From positions 64,001 to 128,000 of the forward strand of contig CAWFAD010000010.1 of assembly GCA_963813815.1 (NCBI GenBank): a stretch of DNA of 64,000 nucleotides. Reading direction: 5' to 3'. Below the pieces are notes generated by a model. That model was not told where the DNA came from. It did no database searches and saw only the letters and a list, made by a program, of their open reading frames with translations. This document shows positions 41,494 to 52,251 of this stretch, one piece after another. Source of the DNA: an uncultured bacterium. GTDB lineage: Bacteria; Krumholzibacteriota; Krumholzibacteriia; Krumholzibacteriales; Krumholzibacteriaceae. The position numbers and the translations under genes are program-made. Numbering within the stretch: the stretch's first letter is position 1; every line of letters begins with the position of its first letter.

Positions 41494-42531
41494 ATGACGG
41501 AGCGGATCATAGATTTGCGGAGCGACACGGTCACCCGGCCGTCGCCTCCCATGCGCGAGGCGATAGCCCGCGCCGAGGTGGGGGACGACGTGCTCGGCGA
41601 CGACCCGACCGTGATCCGTCTCGAGGAGCGTATGAGCCGGCTGCTCGGCAAGGAGCGGGGGGTCTACGTGCCGAGCGGAACGATGTCGAACACGATCGCG
41701 CTCCTTTCGCAGACGAGCCCCGGCGACGAGGTCATACTCGACCGCCGTTGCCACATCTTCAATTACGAGGTGGCCGGCGCGTCGGCCATCGGCGGTCTTC
41801 AGCTCTACCCGCTCGACGGCCCCGCGGGGCTCCTGCCGGTCGACGATCTCCCCGCCGCGGTTCGGCCGGCCAACATCCATCACCCCCGGACGGCCCTCGT
41901 CGCGGTCGAGAACACGCACAACCGCGCCGGAGGGCGGGTCTATCCCATAGACGAGCTCGAGGCGGTTTCCCGATTCGCGCGCGAGCGCCGGCTCCGTCTC
42001 CATATGGACGGCGCGCGCCTCGCGAACGCTTCGGTCAAGACCGGCATTTCGTTCGAGCGCTACGGCGCGCTCGCCGATTCGATCTCCTTTTGCTTTTCAA
42101 AGGGCCTCGGCGCGCCGGTCGGATCGATCCTCGTGTCGGACGAGACGACGATAGAGCGGGCCCGCGTCTGGCGCAAGCGGCTCGGCGGCGGCATGCGGCA
42201 GGCCGGCGTCCTCGCCGCCGCGTGTCTGTATGCGCTCGACCACAACGTCGCGCGTCTCGCCGAGGACCACGCGCGGGCCGAGCGGATCGGGCGGCTCATC
42301 GTCGAGTCCCGCCGCTTTCGCCTGACCTTTCCCGTCGAGACGAACATCATCATATTCGAGCCTCTGGATCCCGCGACCGATATGGCGGCCGTCGACGGGG
42401 CCCTCCGCCGCGAGGGCGTGCTGTCGCTCCCCTTCGGCGGCCGCTTCATGCGAATGGTGACCCACCTCGACATACACGACGAGGATATGGAGCGGCTCGA
42501 GCGGGCGCTGCCCCGAGCGCTCGCCGGGTGA
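41494..42531 (+). CDS. ltaE: Low-specificity L-threonine aldolase
   Basis: DLRSDTVT, VGDDV, PSGTMSN, ENTHN, HMDGAR, CFSKGLGAPVGS, GGGMRQAG. Confidence 0.92.
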   Translation: MTERIIDLRSDTVTRPSPPMREAIARAEVGDDVLGDDPTVIRLEERMSRLLGKERGVYVPSGTMSNTIALLSQTSPGDEVILDRRCHIFNYEVAGASAIGGLQLYPLDGPAGLLPVDDLPAAVRPANIHHPRTALVAVENTHNRAGGRVYPIDELEAVSRFARERRLRLHMDGARLANASVKTGISFERYGALADSISFCFSKGLGAPVGSILVSDETTIERARVWRKRLGGGMRQAGVLAAACLYALDHNVARLAEDHARAERIGRLIVESRRFRLTFPVETNIIIFEPLDPATDMAAVDGALRREGVLSLPFGGRFMRMVTHLDIHDEDMERLERALPRALAG

Positions 42532-42565
42532 CGCCGGCGGAGCCGGCGGGAAGGGCGGAGGGGGC

Positions 42566-43282
42566 GTGAGAATCTTTCAGTTCTACCTCGTGAGCACCCC
42601 CATCGGCAATCTGGGGGATTTTTCTCCCCGGGCCGCGGAGGTGCTCCGCTCGGTCGATACGATTCTCGCCGAGGACACGCGGACGGCGCGGGTGCTTCTC
42701 GACCGCTCCGCGATCAAAACGCCGCTACGGGCGTATCACGATCACAACAAGGAGCGCGTGACGCCTCTCATCCTGAGGGAGCTCGGCGAGGGGAAGCGCT
42801 TCGCTCTCATTTCCGACGCCGGGACGCCGCTCGTCTCGGATCCCGGCTACTACGTCGTCCGCAAGCTCATCGAGGAGCGGATCGAGATCACGGCGATTCC
42901 CGGACCGAGCGCCGTGACGACGGCGCTCGTGCTCTCGGGGCTTCCGCCCGACCGTTTCACATTTTTCGGCTACGTTCCGCGAAAGCCCGGCGAGCGGGCC
43001 CGGGCGCTGCGGGAAGCGCTCGAGAATCCCTACACGTCGATCTTCTTCGAGAGCCCGCACCGGTTGCTTTCGACGCTCGAAGCGCTCGAAGAGGCCGCCG
43101 GAGACCGCGACGTCGTCGTCGCGCGCGAGCTGACGAAACTCCACGAAGAGGTCGCGCGCGGCAGGGCGGCCGAGCTGCGCGAACGCTTCTCCGCCTCCCC
43201 CGTGCGCGGCGAGATCGTCGTGCTCGTTCGCGGCACCGGAAGGCGGCGCAGGGAGGCCGCGGAGGAGAGCGCGGACGATTGA
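42566..43282 (+). CDS. rsmI: 16S rRNA (cytidine1402-2'-O)-methyltransferase
   Basis: TPIGNLGD, AEDTR, ISDAGTP.VSDPG, FESPHR, RELTKLHEE. Confidence 0.93.
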   Translation: MRIFQFYLVSTPIGNLGDFSPRAAEVLRSVDTILAEDTRTARVLLDRSAIKTPLRAYHDHNKERVTPLILRELGEGKRFALISDAGTPLVSDPGYYVVRKLIEERIEITAIPGPSAVTTALVLSGLPPDRFTFFGYVPRKPGERARALREALENPYTSIFFESPHRLLSTLEALEEAAGDRDVVVARELTKLHEEVARGRAAELRERFSASPVRGEIVVLVRGTGRRRREAAEESADD

Positions 43283-43343
43283 CAGGCGGAGCGGCGGCGG
43301 TTCATACTGCCGCCCGGGCGCGAAGGGAAAGGCGCGCGGCGAC

Positions 43344-43991
43344 ATGGCGGACAAGGCTTCGGTGAAACGGACGCTCCGCGGGCTGCTCGATCCGCTCGTG
43401 GCGGTCCTCGCCCGGGCGGGCGTGACGCCGCTCGGCGTCACGATCGCGGGTCTCGTCGTGAGTCTCTGCGGCTCCGTCGTCGTTGCGCGGGGGCACCTCA
43501 GGGCGGGAGCCCTCGTGTTTCTCGCGGGGGGCCTGTGCGACGTGCTCGACGGCTCCCTCGCCCGCAAGACCGGGCGGGAGAGCGCGTTCGGGGCGTTCAT
43601 CGATTCGACGCTCGATCGCGTGGCCGAAATCGCCGGCTTCGGCGCGCTCATCGTCTATTTCGCGGGGCGCGGCGCGGGTTCGCCCGACCGGATGGACCCC
43701 TTCGGATCCGGCGCGCCGCCCGTGGATTTCCGGATCGTGCTGCTGCTCGTCGTCATCGCGGGATCCTTCCTCACGAGCTACACGCGGGCGCGGGCCGAAG
43801 GGCTCGGCCTCGAATGCCGCGTCGGGCTCGTCGAGAGGCCGGAGCGGATCGCGGCGCTCGTCGCGGGGCTGCTCGTCGGCGGCGCCGCGCTCGACGCGAT
43901 GATCGTTGCGCTCGCCCTGCTCACGCTCGCGACCACCGCGCAGCGGATCGCGCACGTGCACAGACTGACGTCGAACCGGGAGCGGCCGTAG
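43344..43991 (+). CDS. CDP-alcohol phosphatidyltransferase
   Basis: D-VLDG-SLAR...FGAFIDSTLDR signature; SYTRARAE. Confidence 0.9.
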   Translation: MADKASVKRTLRGLLDPLVAVLARAGVTPLGVTIAGLVVSLCGSVVVARGHLRAGALVFLAGGLCDVLDGSLARKTGRESAFGAFIDSTLDRVAEIAGFGALIVYFAGRGAGSPDRMDPFGSGAPPVDFRIVLLLVVIAGSFLTSYTRARAEGLGLECRVGLVERPERIAALVAGLLVGGAALDAMIVALALLTLATTAQRIAHVHRLTSNRERP

Positions 43992-44030
43992 CGGCGCGCG
44001 GCGCGGCCCCCGCGACGGCGGAGGAACGTC

Positions 44031-44681
44031 ATGAAAGGGCGTCTCGTTACCTTCGAGGGGATCGAGGGGTGCGGCAAATCGGCCGTCTCGCGCGAGGCGC
44101 GCCTCGCGCTCGAACGCGCGGGAGTGAGCGTGACCTTCGCGCGGGAGCCCGGCGGCACGGCGGTTTCCGAGAGCGTGCGGGCGCTGCTGCTCGATCCGGC
44201 GCGGAGCGAGATGGCGCCGCTCACCGAGCTCCTGCTCTACCTTTCCGCGCGCGCGCAGCTCGTCGCGGAGGTCGTTCGTCCGGCGCTCGACGCGGGGCGG
44301 ATCGTTCTCTGCGACAGGTACCTCGACGCCTCGGTCGCCTACCAGGGATGGGCGCGCGGGCTCGGCGAGCGGTTCGTCGAGCGGCTGAACCGCGTGGCGG
44401 TGGGCGGCGCCGTTCCCGACCGGACGTTTCTCCTCGACGCGCCGGTCGAGACCGGTCTCGCGCGCGGCCCGCTGCGGAGGGAACGCGAGGGAGTCGCGGC
44501 GAGGGACCGCCTCGAGCGCGAGGACACGGCCTTCCACGAAAGGGTGCGCGAGGGATACCTCCGGCTCGCCCGCAGGAACCGCAGGCGCGTCGTCGTCGTC
44601 GACGCCTCCCGTCCGCTCGAGGAGGTCGTCCGCGAGGTTCTGCGCGGCCTCGAACGTCTGCTCTCCGTGCCGCTTTCCTGA
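44031..44681 (+). CDS. tmk: Thymidylate kinase
   Basis: TFEGIEGCGKS, REPGGT, LCDRY..SVAYQG. Confidence 0.93.
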   Translation: MKGRLVTFEGIEGCGKSAVSREARLALERAGVSVTFAREPGGTAVSESVRALLLDPARSEMAPLTELLLYLSARAQLVAEVVRPALDAGRIVLCDRYLDASVAYQGWARGLGERFVERLNRVAVGGAVPDRTFLLDAPVETGLARGPLRREREGVAARDRLEREDTAFHERVREGYLRLARRNRRRVVVVDASRPLEEVVREVLRGLERLLSVPLS

Positions 44682-44844
44682 CGCATGGATAACGTTTTGC
44701 TTCGCCGCCGCTACCTATTATATTACCGCCGGGCGCGATATTGACTGCTGGAATCCTCCCCGATGGCATGGTTCGTGATCGCCGAGACGTGAGACATCGC
44801 AGCCCGGCGCCTCGGCACACGGTTCGACCTCCGGAGGTAGCGTC

Positions 44845-46485
44845 TTGCGATTGAACAAAAAAGCGATCGTCGGAATCTCCGTTCTCTGCCTGCTCGCCGT
44901 CGCCTCGATTTTCGTCATGGCCGGCGACCGGGAGGAGCGCCAGCGGGAAACCGTTCTGGAGAATATCGAGCAGTTCGGCGCCGTCCTCGACAAGATCCTC
45001 AACTACTACGTCGACGAGATCGACGCGGACAAGCTCATTCAATCCGCCATCGAGGGCATGCTGAACACGCTCGACGAGCATTCCGTCTACATGGACAGCT
45101 ACGACTACGAGAACCTCATGATCGACACGCGCGGCGAGTTCGGCGGCCTCGGGTTCACCGTCGGCACGGTGGATGGATTTCCGACCGTCAGCTCGGTGCT
45201 CGACGACACTCCCGCGTACCGCCACGGCATACAGGGCGGAGATAAGATCGTCGAGATCGAGGGCGTGTCGACCAAAGGGCTCAAGACCGAGGACGCGGTC
45301 TCGAAGCTCCGCGGCCGCGAGGGGACGCAGGTGAGCATCACCGTCGCCCGCGAGGGGCTCCCCGATTCCCTCCATTTCACGGTCACGCGCGAAATCATCC
45401 GCGTGCCGAGCATCACCTACTCGACGAAGCTCGGCGAGATCGGCTACATCCGCGTCGCGCGCTTCGGCGAGCGGACGGCGCGCGAGCTCGACGACGCGAT
45501 GCGGGGGCTCGAGCGCGAAAAGATCCGCGGGCTCATCATCGATCTGCGCGGCAATCCGGGCGGCCTGCTCGAGGCGGCGCGCGAGGTGTCGGAGATATTC
45601 CTCGAAAAGGACAAGCTCCTCGTCTACACGGAATCGCGCATCCCGAGCCACAACGTGAAGTACTACTCGCGCTCGACGAAGGTCCACGACGGCTATCCGG
45701 TCGTGATTCTCGTGAACGGGTTCAGCGCGTCGGCCTCCGAGATCGTCGCCGGGGCGCTCCAGGATTGGGACCGCGCCCTCATCGTGGGACAGACGAGCTA
45801 CGGCAAGGGCTCCGTGCAGACCGTCTTCATGGTCGGACGGGACGCGCTCAAGCTCACCACGGCGAAGTATTTCACGCCGAGCGGGCGCTGCATTCACAAG
45901 GACCGCGACGGCGAAGAGGACGAGATGGGCATCGCCCTCGACGGCGAGACGCCGGCGCCCGTCGGCGAAACCCCCGCCGCGGAGGCTCCCGCCGGCGAGT
46001 CGAAGGAAGCCACCGAGGAGAAACGCGAATACAAGACGAACGGCGGACGCGTCGTGTACGGCGGAGGCGGCGTCACCCCCGACTGGGTGATCGAGCCGCG
46101 GCGTTTCACGCCCTTCCAGCGGGATCTCGAGCTCCGGAACCTCTTCTTCAATTTCGCCATCCGCTACACGTCGACGCACGAGACGGACGACCGGTTCGAG
46201 ACCGGCGACGACGTTCTCGCCGCCTTCAAGAGCTACGTCGCGGAGAGCAAGTTCGAGGCGCCCGATTCGCTCTGGACGCCGGAGAACGTCGCCTACGCGA
46301 AGCTCGCGATCAAGCGGGAGGTGTTCCGCAAGCGCCTCGGAACGAAGGGAGCGTATCTGGCGACCCTTTCCCACGACGACGAGGTGCAGCGGATTCTCGA
46401 GATGTTCCGCGAGGCGCCGACGCTGCAGGAGATGTTCGCGTACGTGCGGGAGCGCGCGGAGGCGGTGGAGGCCGCGCAACGGTGA
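44845..46485 (+). CDS. Carboxyl-terminal processing protease (S41A, CtpA/Prc)
   Basis: Signal/anchor, PDZ, DLRGNPGG, SASASEIVAG, GKGSVQ, TTAKYFTPSG. Confidence 0.92.
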   Translation: MRLNKKAIVGISVLCLLAVASIFVMAGDREERQRETVLENIEQFGAVLDKILNYYVDEIDADKLIQSAIEGMLNTLDEHSVYMDSYDYENLMIDTRGEFGGLGFTVGTVDGFPTVSSVLDDTPAYRHGIQGGDKIVEIEGVSTKGLKTEDAVSKLRGREGTQVSITVAREGLPDSLHFTVTREIIRVPSITYSTKLGEIGYIRVARFGERTARELDDAMRGLEREKIRGLIIDLRGNPGGLLEAAREVSEIFLEKDKLLVYTESRIPSHNVKYYSRSTKVHDGYPVVILVNGFSASASEIVAGALQDWDRALIVGQTSYGKGSVQTVFMVGRDALKLTTAKYFTPSGRCIHKDRDGEEDEMGIALDGETPAPVGETPAAEAPAGESKEATEEKREYKTNGGRVVYGGGGVTPDWVIEPRRFTPFQRDLELRNLFFNFAIRYTSTHETDDRFETGDDVLAAFKSYVAESKFEAPDSLWTPENVAYAKLAIKREVFRKRLGTKGAYLATLSHDDEVQRILEMFREAPTLQEMFAYVRERAEAVEAAQR

Positions 46486-47161
46486 GAAAGATCGCGATCC
46501 TGAGCGATTTCGACGGAACCGTCTCGAGACGGGACGTCGGCCACCATTTCTTCGGCGCCTTCATCGCGCGCAGGGCCGACTGGCTCGCGCTGCTCGAGGA
46601 GTGGCGGCTCGGCCTCATCAGCTCGAGGGAGTGCCTCGAGAAGGAGCTCTCGTGGGTCCGGGCCGATCGCGAGGATCTCGACGGCTTCGTCGACCGGGAG
46701 GGGCTCGATCCGTACTTCAAGGATTTCGTCGATTTCTGCGATCGGCGGGGGTCGAGCTCGTCATCGCGAGCGACGGGCTCGATTACTACATCGACCGGCT
46801 CCTCTCGCGCGACGGTCTCGGGATCGTCGGTTTCCGGGCGAACCGGCTCGTGTGCGACGGGGACCGGCTCGCCGCGATCGAGTTTCCCTATTACGATTCC
46901 ATGGACTGCAAGCGGTGCGGCAACTGCAAGAGATCGCACCTCGAGGATCTCCGCCGCGCGGGCCACGTCGTCGTGTACGTCGGCAACGGTTACAGCGACC
47001 GCTGCCCGGCCGAGCACGCCGACCTCGTTTTCGCCAAGGGGGAGCTTCTCGATCACTGCCGCGAGCGGCGCCTCGCCCACGTCGTCTTCGAGAACTTCCG
47101 CGACGTCGAGCGCGAGCTGACGGCGCGGTTCATTCTTCACTCGGGAAACGTCTCGTTCTGA
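46482..47161 (+). CDS. MtnX-like HAD-IB phosphatase (frameshift at the G run near 46750)
   Basis: SDFDGTVS, IASDG, CKRCGNCK, VGNGYSDRCPA..ADLVFAK; split over two frames. Confidence 0.8.
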
Positions 47162-47514
47162 GAGCGTTTCATCGCCTCGGTGTAGAGGCGGCTCACGTAC
47201 CCGATGAAATCGAATATCTCCCGGTCCGTGATCGTCTCCCGGCCCCGCAGCGTTTTTATCTTGTCCGCGACGTCGTTGAGATCGTTCCGCGTGAGGAGCC
47301 CCCGGTCGTAGAACTTCCAGAAGGTCTTCAGCGTGTATTGAAGGTCGCCGCCGTACTTCTGGCGCAGATCGGGGGCGAGGGCGCCCTCGAGCTGCCGCCC
47401 GGACCGCATGAACATCCGCTTCGAGATCGCGTCGCGCGACCCGAAGAGCAGCGCGGCCGCGAGAATCGCCGCGATGACGGCGACGGTCGCGATCGTAAAG
47501 GCCTTTCTGCTCAC
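47137..47514 (-). CDS. Hypothetical protein with N-terminal signal/anchor (125 aa)
   Basis: GTG start overlapping the upstream stop; hydrophobic N-terminus; typical codon usage. Confidence 0.6.
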   Translation of the reverse strand: MSRKAFTIATVAVIAAILAAALLFGSRDAISKRMFMRSGRQLEGALAPDLRQKYGGDLQYTLKTFWKFYDRGLLTRNDLNDVADKIKTLRGRETITDREIFDFIGYVSRLYTEAMKRSQNETFPE

Positions 47515-48383
47515 CCGGTAGCCGTCCTTTCTCCGTGAAGAGTCCGTTGGAACCACGCTTCGCTGAGCGCGATCGCCCGTTCGAGGGCGGGGGAGGGCCG
47601 CCGCATCGGATGCCTGGCGCCGAACGCGTGACCCGCGCCGGGAAGGATCTCGAGGCGAGCGGGGGCGCTCCGCGGGGGCGCGAGCAGCGCGCGCGTCTCC
47701 GCGACGGTCACCGCCGCGTCGCGCTCGCCGTGCACCATGAGGTGGGGAACGTCGAGGCGGCCGGCCGCCGCGGGGAGGTCGAACGCATCGCGATGCCGGT
47801 CGATGTCCTCGTAGTAGGCCCAATCGAGCCGGAGCGGCCCGTCCGAGCGGGGATCGTCGAAGACGAGGGCGCCGTCGCGCCGCCACGCGGTCTTCCGCCG
47901 CGCCGTGTACCGGTCGAGACGCCCGAGAGTCGCCCACGTGACGAGCGAGCGCGCCTCGGGGATCCCGGGAGCGGCGAGGAGCGCGACCGCTCCCCCGCGG
48001 CTGTGTCCGAAAAGCCCCCACGACCCGCCGGCGGGCGCCGCCGGCTCGAGCCCGCCGCGGCGGACGAAGCGGGCGACGCGGCGGACATCCTCGATCTCGG
48101 CGGAGACGGTGTTGCGGGCGAAGGCGTCCGCGTCCGAGAATCGCCCGGTCGTTTCGTCGACGCCGCAGAGCGAGAAGCTCATCGTCAGAACGTGAAAGCC
48201 CGCGGCGGCGATGCGCTCCGAGAGATGAGGAAAGAACCCCCACCGCTTGTACCCGAGAAAACCGTGGCAGACGATGACGAGCGCCCGCCGCGCGCCTGGC
48301 GCGCCCGTCCGCAGGTCGGCGCGCACGGGACGCCCGCCGGCTGAGGATATCTCTATCTCGCGAAGGCTCACGTTCGTTTGCAT
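47511..48383 (-). CDS. Alpha/beta hydrolase
   Basis: CHGFLG, GHSRGG nucleophile motif, HGERDAAV, GAGH. Confidence 0.88.
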   Translation of the reverse strand: MQTNVSLREIEISSAGGRPVRADLRTGAPGARRALVIVCHGFLGYKRWGFFPHLSERIAAAGFHVLTMSFSLCGVDETTGRFSDADAFARNTVSAEIEDVRRVARFVRRGGLEPAAPAGGSWGLFGHSRGGAVALLAAPGIPEARSLVTWATLGRLDRYTARRKTAWRRDGALVFDDPRSDGPLRLDWAYYEDIDRHRDAFDLPAAAGRLDVPHLMVHGERDAAVTVAETRALLAPPRSAPARLEILPGAGHAFGARHPMRRPSPALERAIALSEAWFQRTLHGERTATG

Positions 48384-48390
48384 GGCGGTC

Positions 48391-48419
48391 TTGCCAATCG
48401 CCGCCCCATCCTGTAGAAT
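48391..48419 (+). promoter_or_regulatory. sigma70-type promoter
   Basis: TTGCCA-17 bp-TAGAAT. Confidence 0.55.
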
Positions 48420-48452
48420 GGCGGCACGTCGTTTATATTACAGCGGGGGTGA

Positions 48453-49277
48453 ATGGTGGCAAGGAGAATCATAATCGCGCTTCTCTGCACGGTCGCTCTT
48501 CTCGGAGCGGCGCGGCGCCTCACGTCCGGCAAGCCGCGGGACGTGTACGTGGAGGAGGGCGACGTCAAGATGTGGCACCGTACGGTCACGGAGAACATCG
48601 GACCGCAGCAGCCGCTCATCGACGTTCTGCTCGAGGTGCCCCGGGGGAGCAGGATCAATCTTCTTTTCATCACGCCGGACAATCCCGAGGAGCAGAAGCG
48701 GGGTCTCTTTTTCCTCGGCAACCGCCGCTACAGCATGCGCCTGCCGCGCTACGACGTCGGATCGAGGATCCGGTACGCGCTCGCCCTTACCCGGCCCGAC
48801 GGATCGATCGTGAGGACGCCGGAAAAGGGGTACTACGTTTTGAAGTTCAAGACGGATGCCTCGAAGCCGGTGATCGTCGCGCACGTCGTCTGCATGTTCG
48901 GCGCGTTCTTCTTCATGGTGCTGAGCTTTTTCGGCGCGCTTCGCATGTTGCGTCGCGGCGCGGGAAAGCGCGGCACGGTGGGCGCGGCGCGATGGGCGCT
49001 CATTTTCACGATCGTGGGGACGTGGCCGCTCGGGCTCGTGCTCAACCGGCAGACCTTCGGTTTTTTCTGGCAAGGGTTCCCGTTCGGCAGCGACATCACG
49101 GACAACAAGACGCAAGTCATCTTCATCTTCTGGCTCGTGAGCCTGCTCCTCGTGCGGGGGAGCTTCTTCGGGCGCGGGGAGGAGCGGGACCGGCTCGGAC
49201 CGAAAGGCTTCGCGTGGGCGATCGTCGCGAGCTTCGTCGTGAGCCTCGCGCTCTACCTTCTCCCGCACAGCCTCTGA
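48453..49277 (+). CDS. Hypothetical membrane protein
   Basis: N-terminal anchor, soluble domain, about 4 C-terminal TM helices with WQGFPFGSDITDNKT. Confidence 0.75.
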   Translation: MVARRIIIALLCTVALLGAARRLTSGKPRDVYVEEGDVKMWHRTVTENIGPQQPLIDVLLEVPRGSRINLLFITPDNPEEQKRGLFFLGNRRYSMRLPRYDVGSRIRYALALTRPDGSIVRTPEKGYYVLKFKTDASKPVIVAHVVCMFGAFFFMVLSFFGALRMLRRGAGKRGTVGAARWALIFTIVGTWPLGLVLNRQTFGFFWQGFPFGSDITDNKTQVIFIFWLVSLLLVRGSFFGRGEERDRLGPKGFAWAIVASFVVSLALYLLPHSL

Positions 49278-49314
49278 GGCGCCGGCTCGGCCTGCGCGCC
49301 ATCGGGAGCGGGGT

Positions 49315-50307
49315 ATGCGGCGGAATCTCTTCACGGAATCGGACGCCTGCCTCGCGCCGCTCGCCGGGTACAGCGACGCGCCGCTCCGGCTCGTCGCCGC
49401 GGAATGCGGCGCCGACTTCGCGTTCACCGGGCTCGTCAGCGCGGACGGGCTCGTGCGCGGGGGAGCGGGGAGCGCGAGACTGCTCGGGCGGCTGCCGGGA
49501 GAGGCGCCGCTCGGCGTGCAGATCTTCGGCGCCGATCCCGCCCATATGGGGCGCGCGGCCGCGATCGCGGAAGGGTCGGGGGCCGATTTCATCGACCTCA
49601 ACTTCGGCTGTCCGGTGAAGAAGGTCGTCAAGAAGAACGGCGGCGTGTCGATTATGCGCGATCTCGACCTCATGGAGCGGATCGTCCGCTCGGTGGTCGC
49701 GAGCGTCGCCTGCCCGGTGACCGCCAAGATCCGGAGCGGCTGGAGCGACGAGGAGCGGAACTACCTCGAGGCGGGGCGCCTCCTCGAGGCCTGCGGCGCC
49801 GCCGCCGTCACGCTGCACCCGCGCCCGCAGAGCCAGGGCTTTTCCGGCAGCGCGCACTGGGACGATATCGCGGCGCTCCGCGGGGCCCTCGCGATCCCCG
49901 TCATAGCGAACGGCGACGTCCGGACGCCGGCCGACTATGAGGAGGTGCGGCGGCGCACGGGATGCTCGCTCGTGATGATCGGCCGCGGCGCGCTCGGAAA
50001 TCCGTGGATCTTCCGCGAGATCAAGGACGCCGCGGGCGGACGCGCGCCGCGTCCGCCGGACGCCGGCGAGCGGCTCCGCACGATCGAGCGCCATCTCGCG
50101 CTCATGGTCGAATTCTTCGGCGAGGATCGCGGCGTTCGCGAGATGCGCAAGTTCTACCGCTGGTACGTGCGGTCCATGGAGCACATCAAAAGACACCGCG
50201 CGATGCTCGTGACCGCGGAGCGGGCCCGGGACGTGGCCGCGATCATCGCCGGCATGAGAGAGGAGCTCGACGGGAATGGAAGAGGCGAAGCTCAAAAGGC
50301 TTCTTGA
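49315..50307 (+). CDS. dusB: tRNA-dihydrouridine synthase
   Basis: LAPLAGYSD, QIFG, IDLNFGCP, KIRSGW, IANGDV, MIGRGALGNPW. Confidence 0.9.
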   Translation: MRRNLFTESDACLAPLAGYSDAPLRLVAAECGADFAFTGLVSADGLVRGGAGSARLLGRLPGEAPLGVQIFGADPAHMGRAAAIAEGSGADFIDLNFGCPVKKVVKKNGGVSIMRDLDLMERIVRSVVASVACPVTAKIRSGWSDEERNYLEAGRLLEACGAAAVTLHPRPQSQGFSGSAHWDDIAALRGALAIPVIANGDVRTPADYEEVRRRTGCSLVMIGRGALGNPWIFREIKDAAGGRAPRPPDAGERLRTIERHLALMVEFFGEDRGVREMRKFYRWYVRSMEHIKRHRAMLVTAERARDVAAIIAGMREELDGNGRGEAQKAS

Positions 50308-51035
50308 ATCCGTCGCGAAGGGCGGGACGAGCCCCGCCCGCGCGATCGAGCGGCTCAAGGTGCTTCCCTTCGAGGATCTCGGATTCGCGAAGGTGGATCA
50401 CCACCGCTCCCTGCGGCGCGGCTTTCCCGAGGTGATCCTCTGCGAGGGAAAGACCGCGGCGGAGATCGCCGCGATCGCCAGGAACCTGGCCGCCCGGGGG
50501 GCGAACATCCTCGCCACGCGATGCTCGCCGGTCCTCTTCCGCGCGGTGCGCGCGAAGGTGCGCGGCGCCGTGTATCATCCCGAGGGAAGGCTCTTCGCCG
50601 TCGAGCGCGGCCGCGCGAAGCGCCGCGGGATCGTCGCCGTCGTATCGGGGGGGACCTCCGACCGCACCGTCGCCGAGGAGGCGGCGCTGACGGCGCACTA
50701 CCTCGGCTGCGGCGTCGACCGGCTCTACGACGTCGGGGTCGCGGGGATTCACCGGCTCCTGCGCTCGTGGAAGCGGATCCGCGGGGCCGACTGCATCATC
50801 GTCGTGGCGGGCATGGAGGGAGCGCTCGCGAGCGTCGTCGCGGGAATCGCGGACGCCCCGCTCATCGCCGTTCCGACGAGCGTGGGGTACGGGGCGAGCT
50901 TCGGCGGCCTCTCGGCGCTGCTCGACGATGCTCAACAGCTGCGCCGGAGGGGTCACCGTGGTGAACATCGACAACGGATTCGGCGCCGGCTACGCGGCGG
51001 CGGTCATCGTGAGGAAGATGCATGAAAAGAAGTAA
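50276..51035 (+). CDS. larB: Nickel-pincer cofactor biosynthesis protein LarB (extra base near 50924)
   Basis: [46 protein letters not shown]; continues in the next frame [21 protein letters not shown] to TAA 51035. Confidence 0.88.
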
Positions 51036-51045
51036 GGAGGATCCG

Positions 51046-52251
51046 GTGGCGGCGCGAACGCCGACACGGGAGACCCCCGGATTGATCGTGATCGATCCGG
51101 CCGGGGGGCTCGCCGGGGACATGTTTCTCGCGGGCCTCTTCGCCCTCGGCGCCGATCCCGCGCGGGTCGCGCGGGCGGTGCGGGGCCTGCCCGGGCTCGA
51201 GCGGTTCTCGATCGCGACGGAGCGCGTGAAGCACGGGGCGGTCGCCGCCATCCGCGCGCGGGTCCGCTGCTCGCGCGCGTCCGCCGGGCGCGATCTGTCG
51301 GAAATTCTCCGCATGATCGAACGCTCGCCGCTCGAACCGCGCGTCAAGGATCTCGCCGCGAGGACGTTCCGGGTTATCGGTGAGGCCGAGGGCGCGATCC
51401 ACGGCGTGAGCGCGCGGCGCGTGCATTTTCACGAGGTCGGCGCCGTCGATTCGATCGTCGACATCGTGGGCGCCGCGGAGGCGCTCTCGCAGCTCGGCTT
51501 TCCCGCGCTCTACCATCGCCCCGTGAGGCTCGGCGCCGGCTTCGTGTCGATCGCGCACGGGAGGCTGCCCCTGCCCGCGCCGGCGACGATCGAGCTGCTG
51601 CGCGGCCGGACGGTGCATCTCGTCGACGAGGAAGGGGAGACCGTCACGCCGACCGGCGCGGCGATTCTGAGGGCGCTCGCCCGGGAGCTCCCCGCGGAGA
51701 TCTCCTTCAAGCCCCGCCGCGTGGTGTACGCGGCGGGAACGAGGGAAAACGGCGCGTCGCCCGGCCTGCTCCGTCTCATCGCGGCCGATCCGGCCTCGCT
51801 CCGCCGCGGCGTGGCCGTCATTCGGACCACGATCGACGACATGAATCCTCAGCTCTACCCGTACGTCGAGGAGCTGCTCTTCGAAGCGGGGGCCCTCGAG
51901 GTGTACCTCGCGCAGATCATCATGAAGAAGGGACGCCCCGGCGTGCTCCTCACCGCCCTCTGCGAGACGGAGGCGGTCGATGCCCTCACGTCGATTCTCT
52001 TCCGCGAGACGACGACGCTCGGCGTCCGCGTGAGCGTCGAGGGGCGCGAGGAGCTCGAGCGGTGGATGGAGCGCGTCGCCACGGCGTACGGCTCGATACC
52101 GGTGAAGCGGGCGCGTCTCGACGGCGGGGCGATGAAATCCGCCCCCGAGTTCGAGTCGTGCAAGGCCGCCGCTTTGAGGCGGGGGGCGCCCCTCTCCGCG
52201 GTTCTCGAGGCCGCGCGCGCGGCCTCATCCCGCCGGGGAGCGAAGCGATGA
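51046..52251 (+). CDS. larC: Nickel insertion protein LarC
   Basis: GLAGDM, EGAIHG...VHFHEVGAVDSIVD, HG.LP.PAPAT, TPTGAA, IDDMNP, MKKGRPG, ETTTLGVR, PEFESC. Confidence 0.9.
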   Translation: MAARTPTRETPGLIVIDPAGGLAGDMFLAGLFALGADPARVARAVRGLPGLERFSIATERVKHGAVAAIRARVRCSRASAGRDLSEILRMIERSPLEPRVKDLAARTFRVIGEAEGAIHGVSARRVHFHEVGAVDSIVDIVGAAEALSQLGFPALYHRPVRLGAGFVSIAHGRLPLPAPATIELLRGRTVHLVDEEGETVTPTGAAILRALARELPAEISFKPRRVVYAAGTRENGASPGLLRLIAADPASLRRGVAVIRTTIDDMNPQLYPYVEELLFEAGALEVYLAQIIMKKGRPGVLLTALCETEAVDALTSILFRETTTLGVRVSVEGREELERWMERVATAYGSIPVKRARLDGGAMKSAPEFESCKAAALRRGAPLSAVLEAARAASSRRGAKR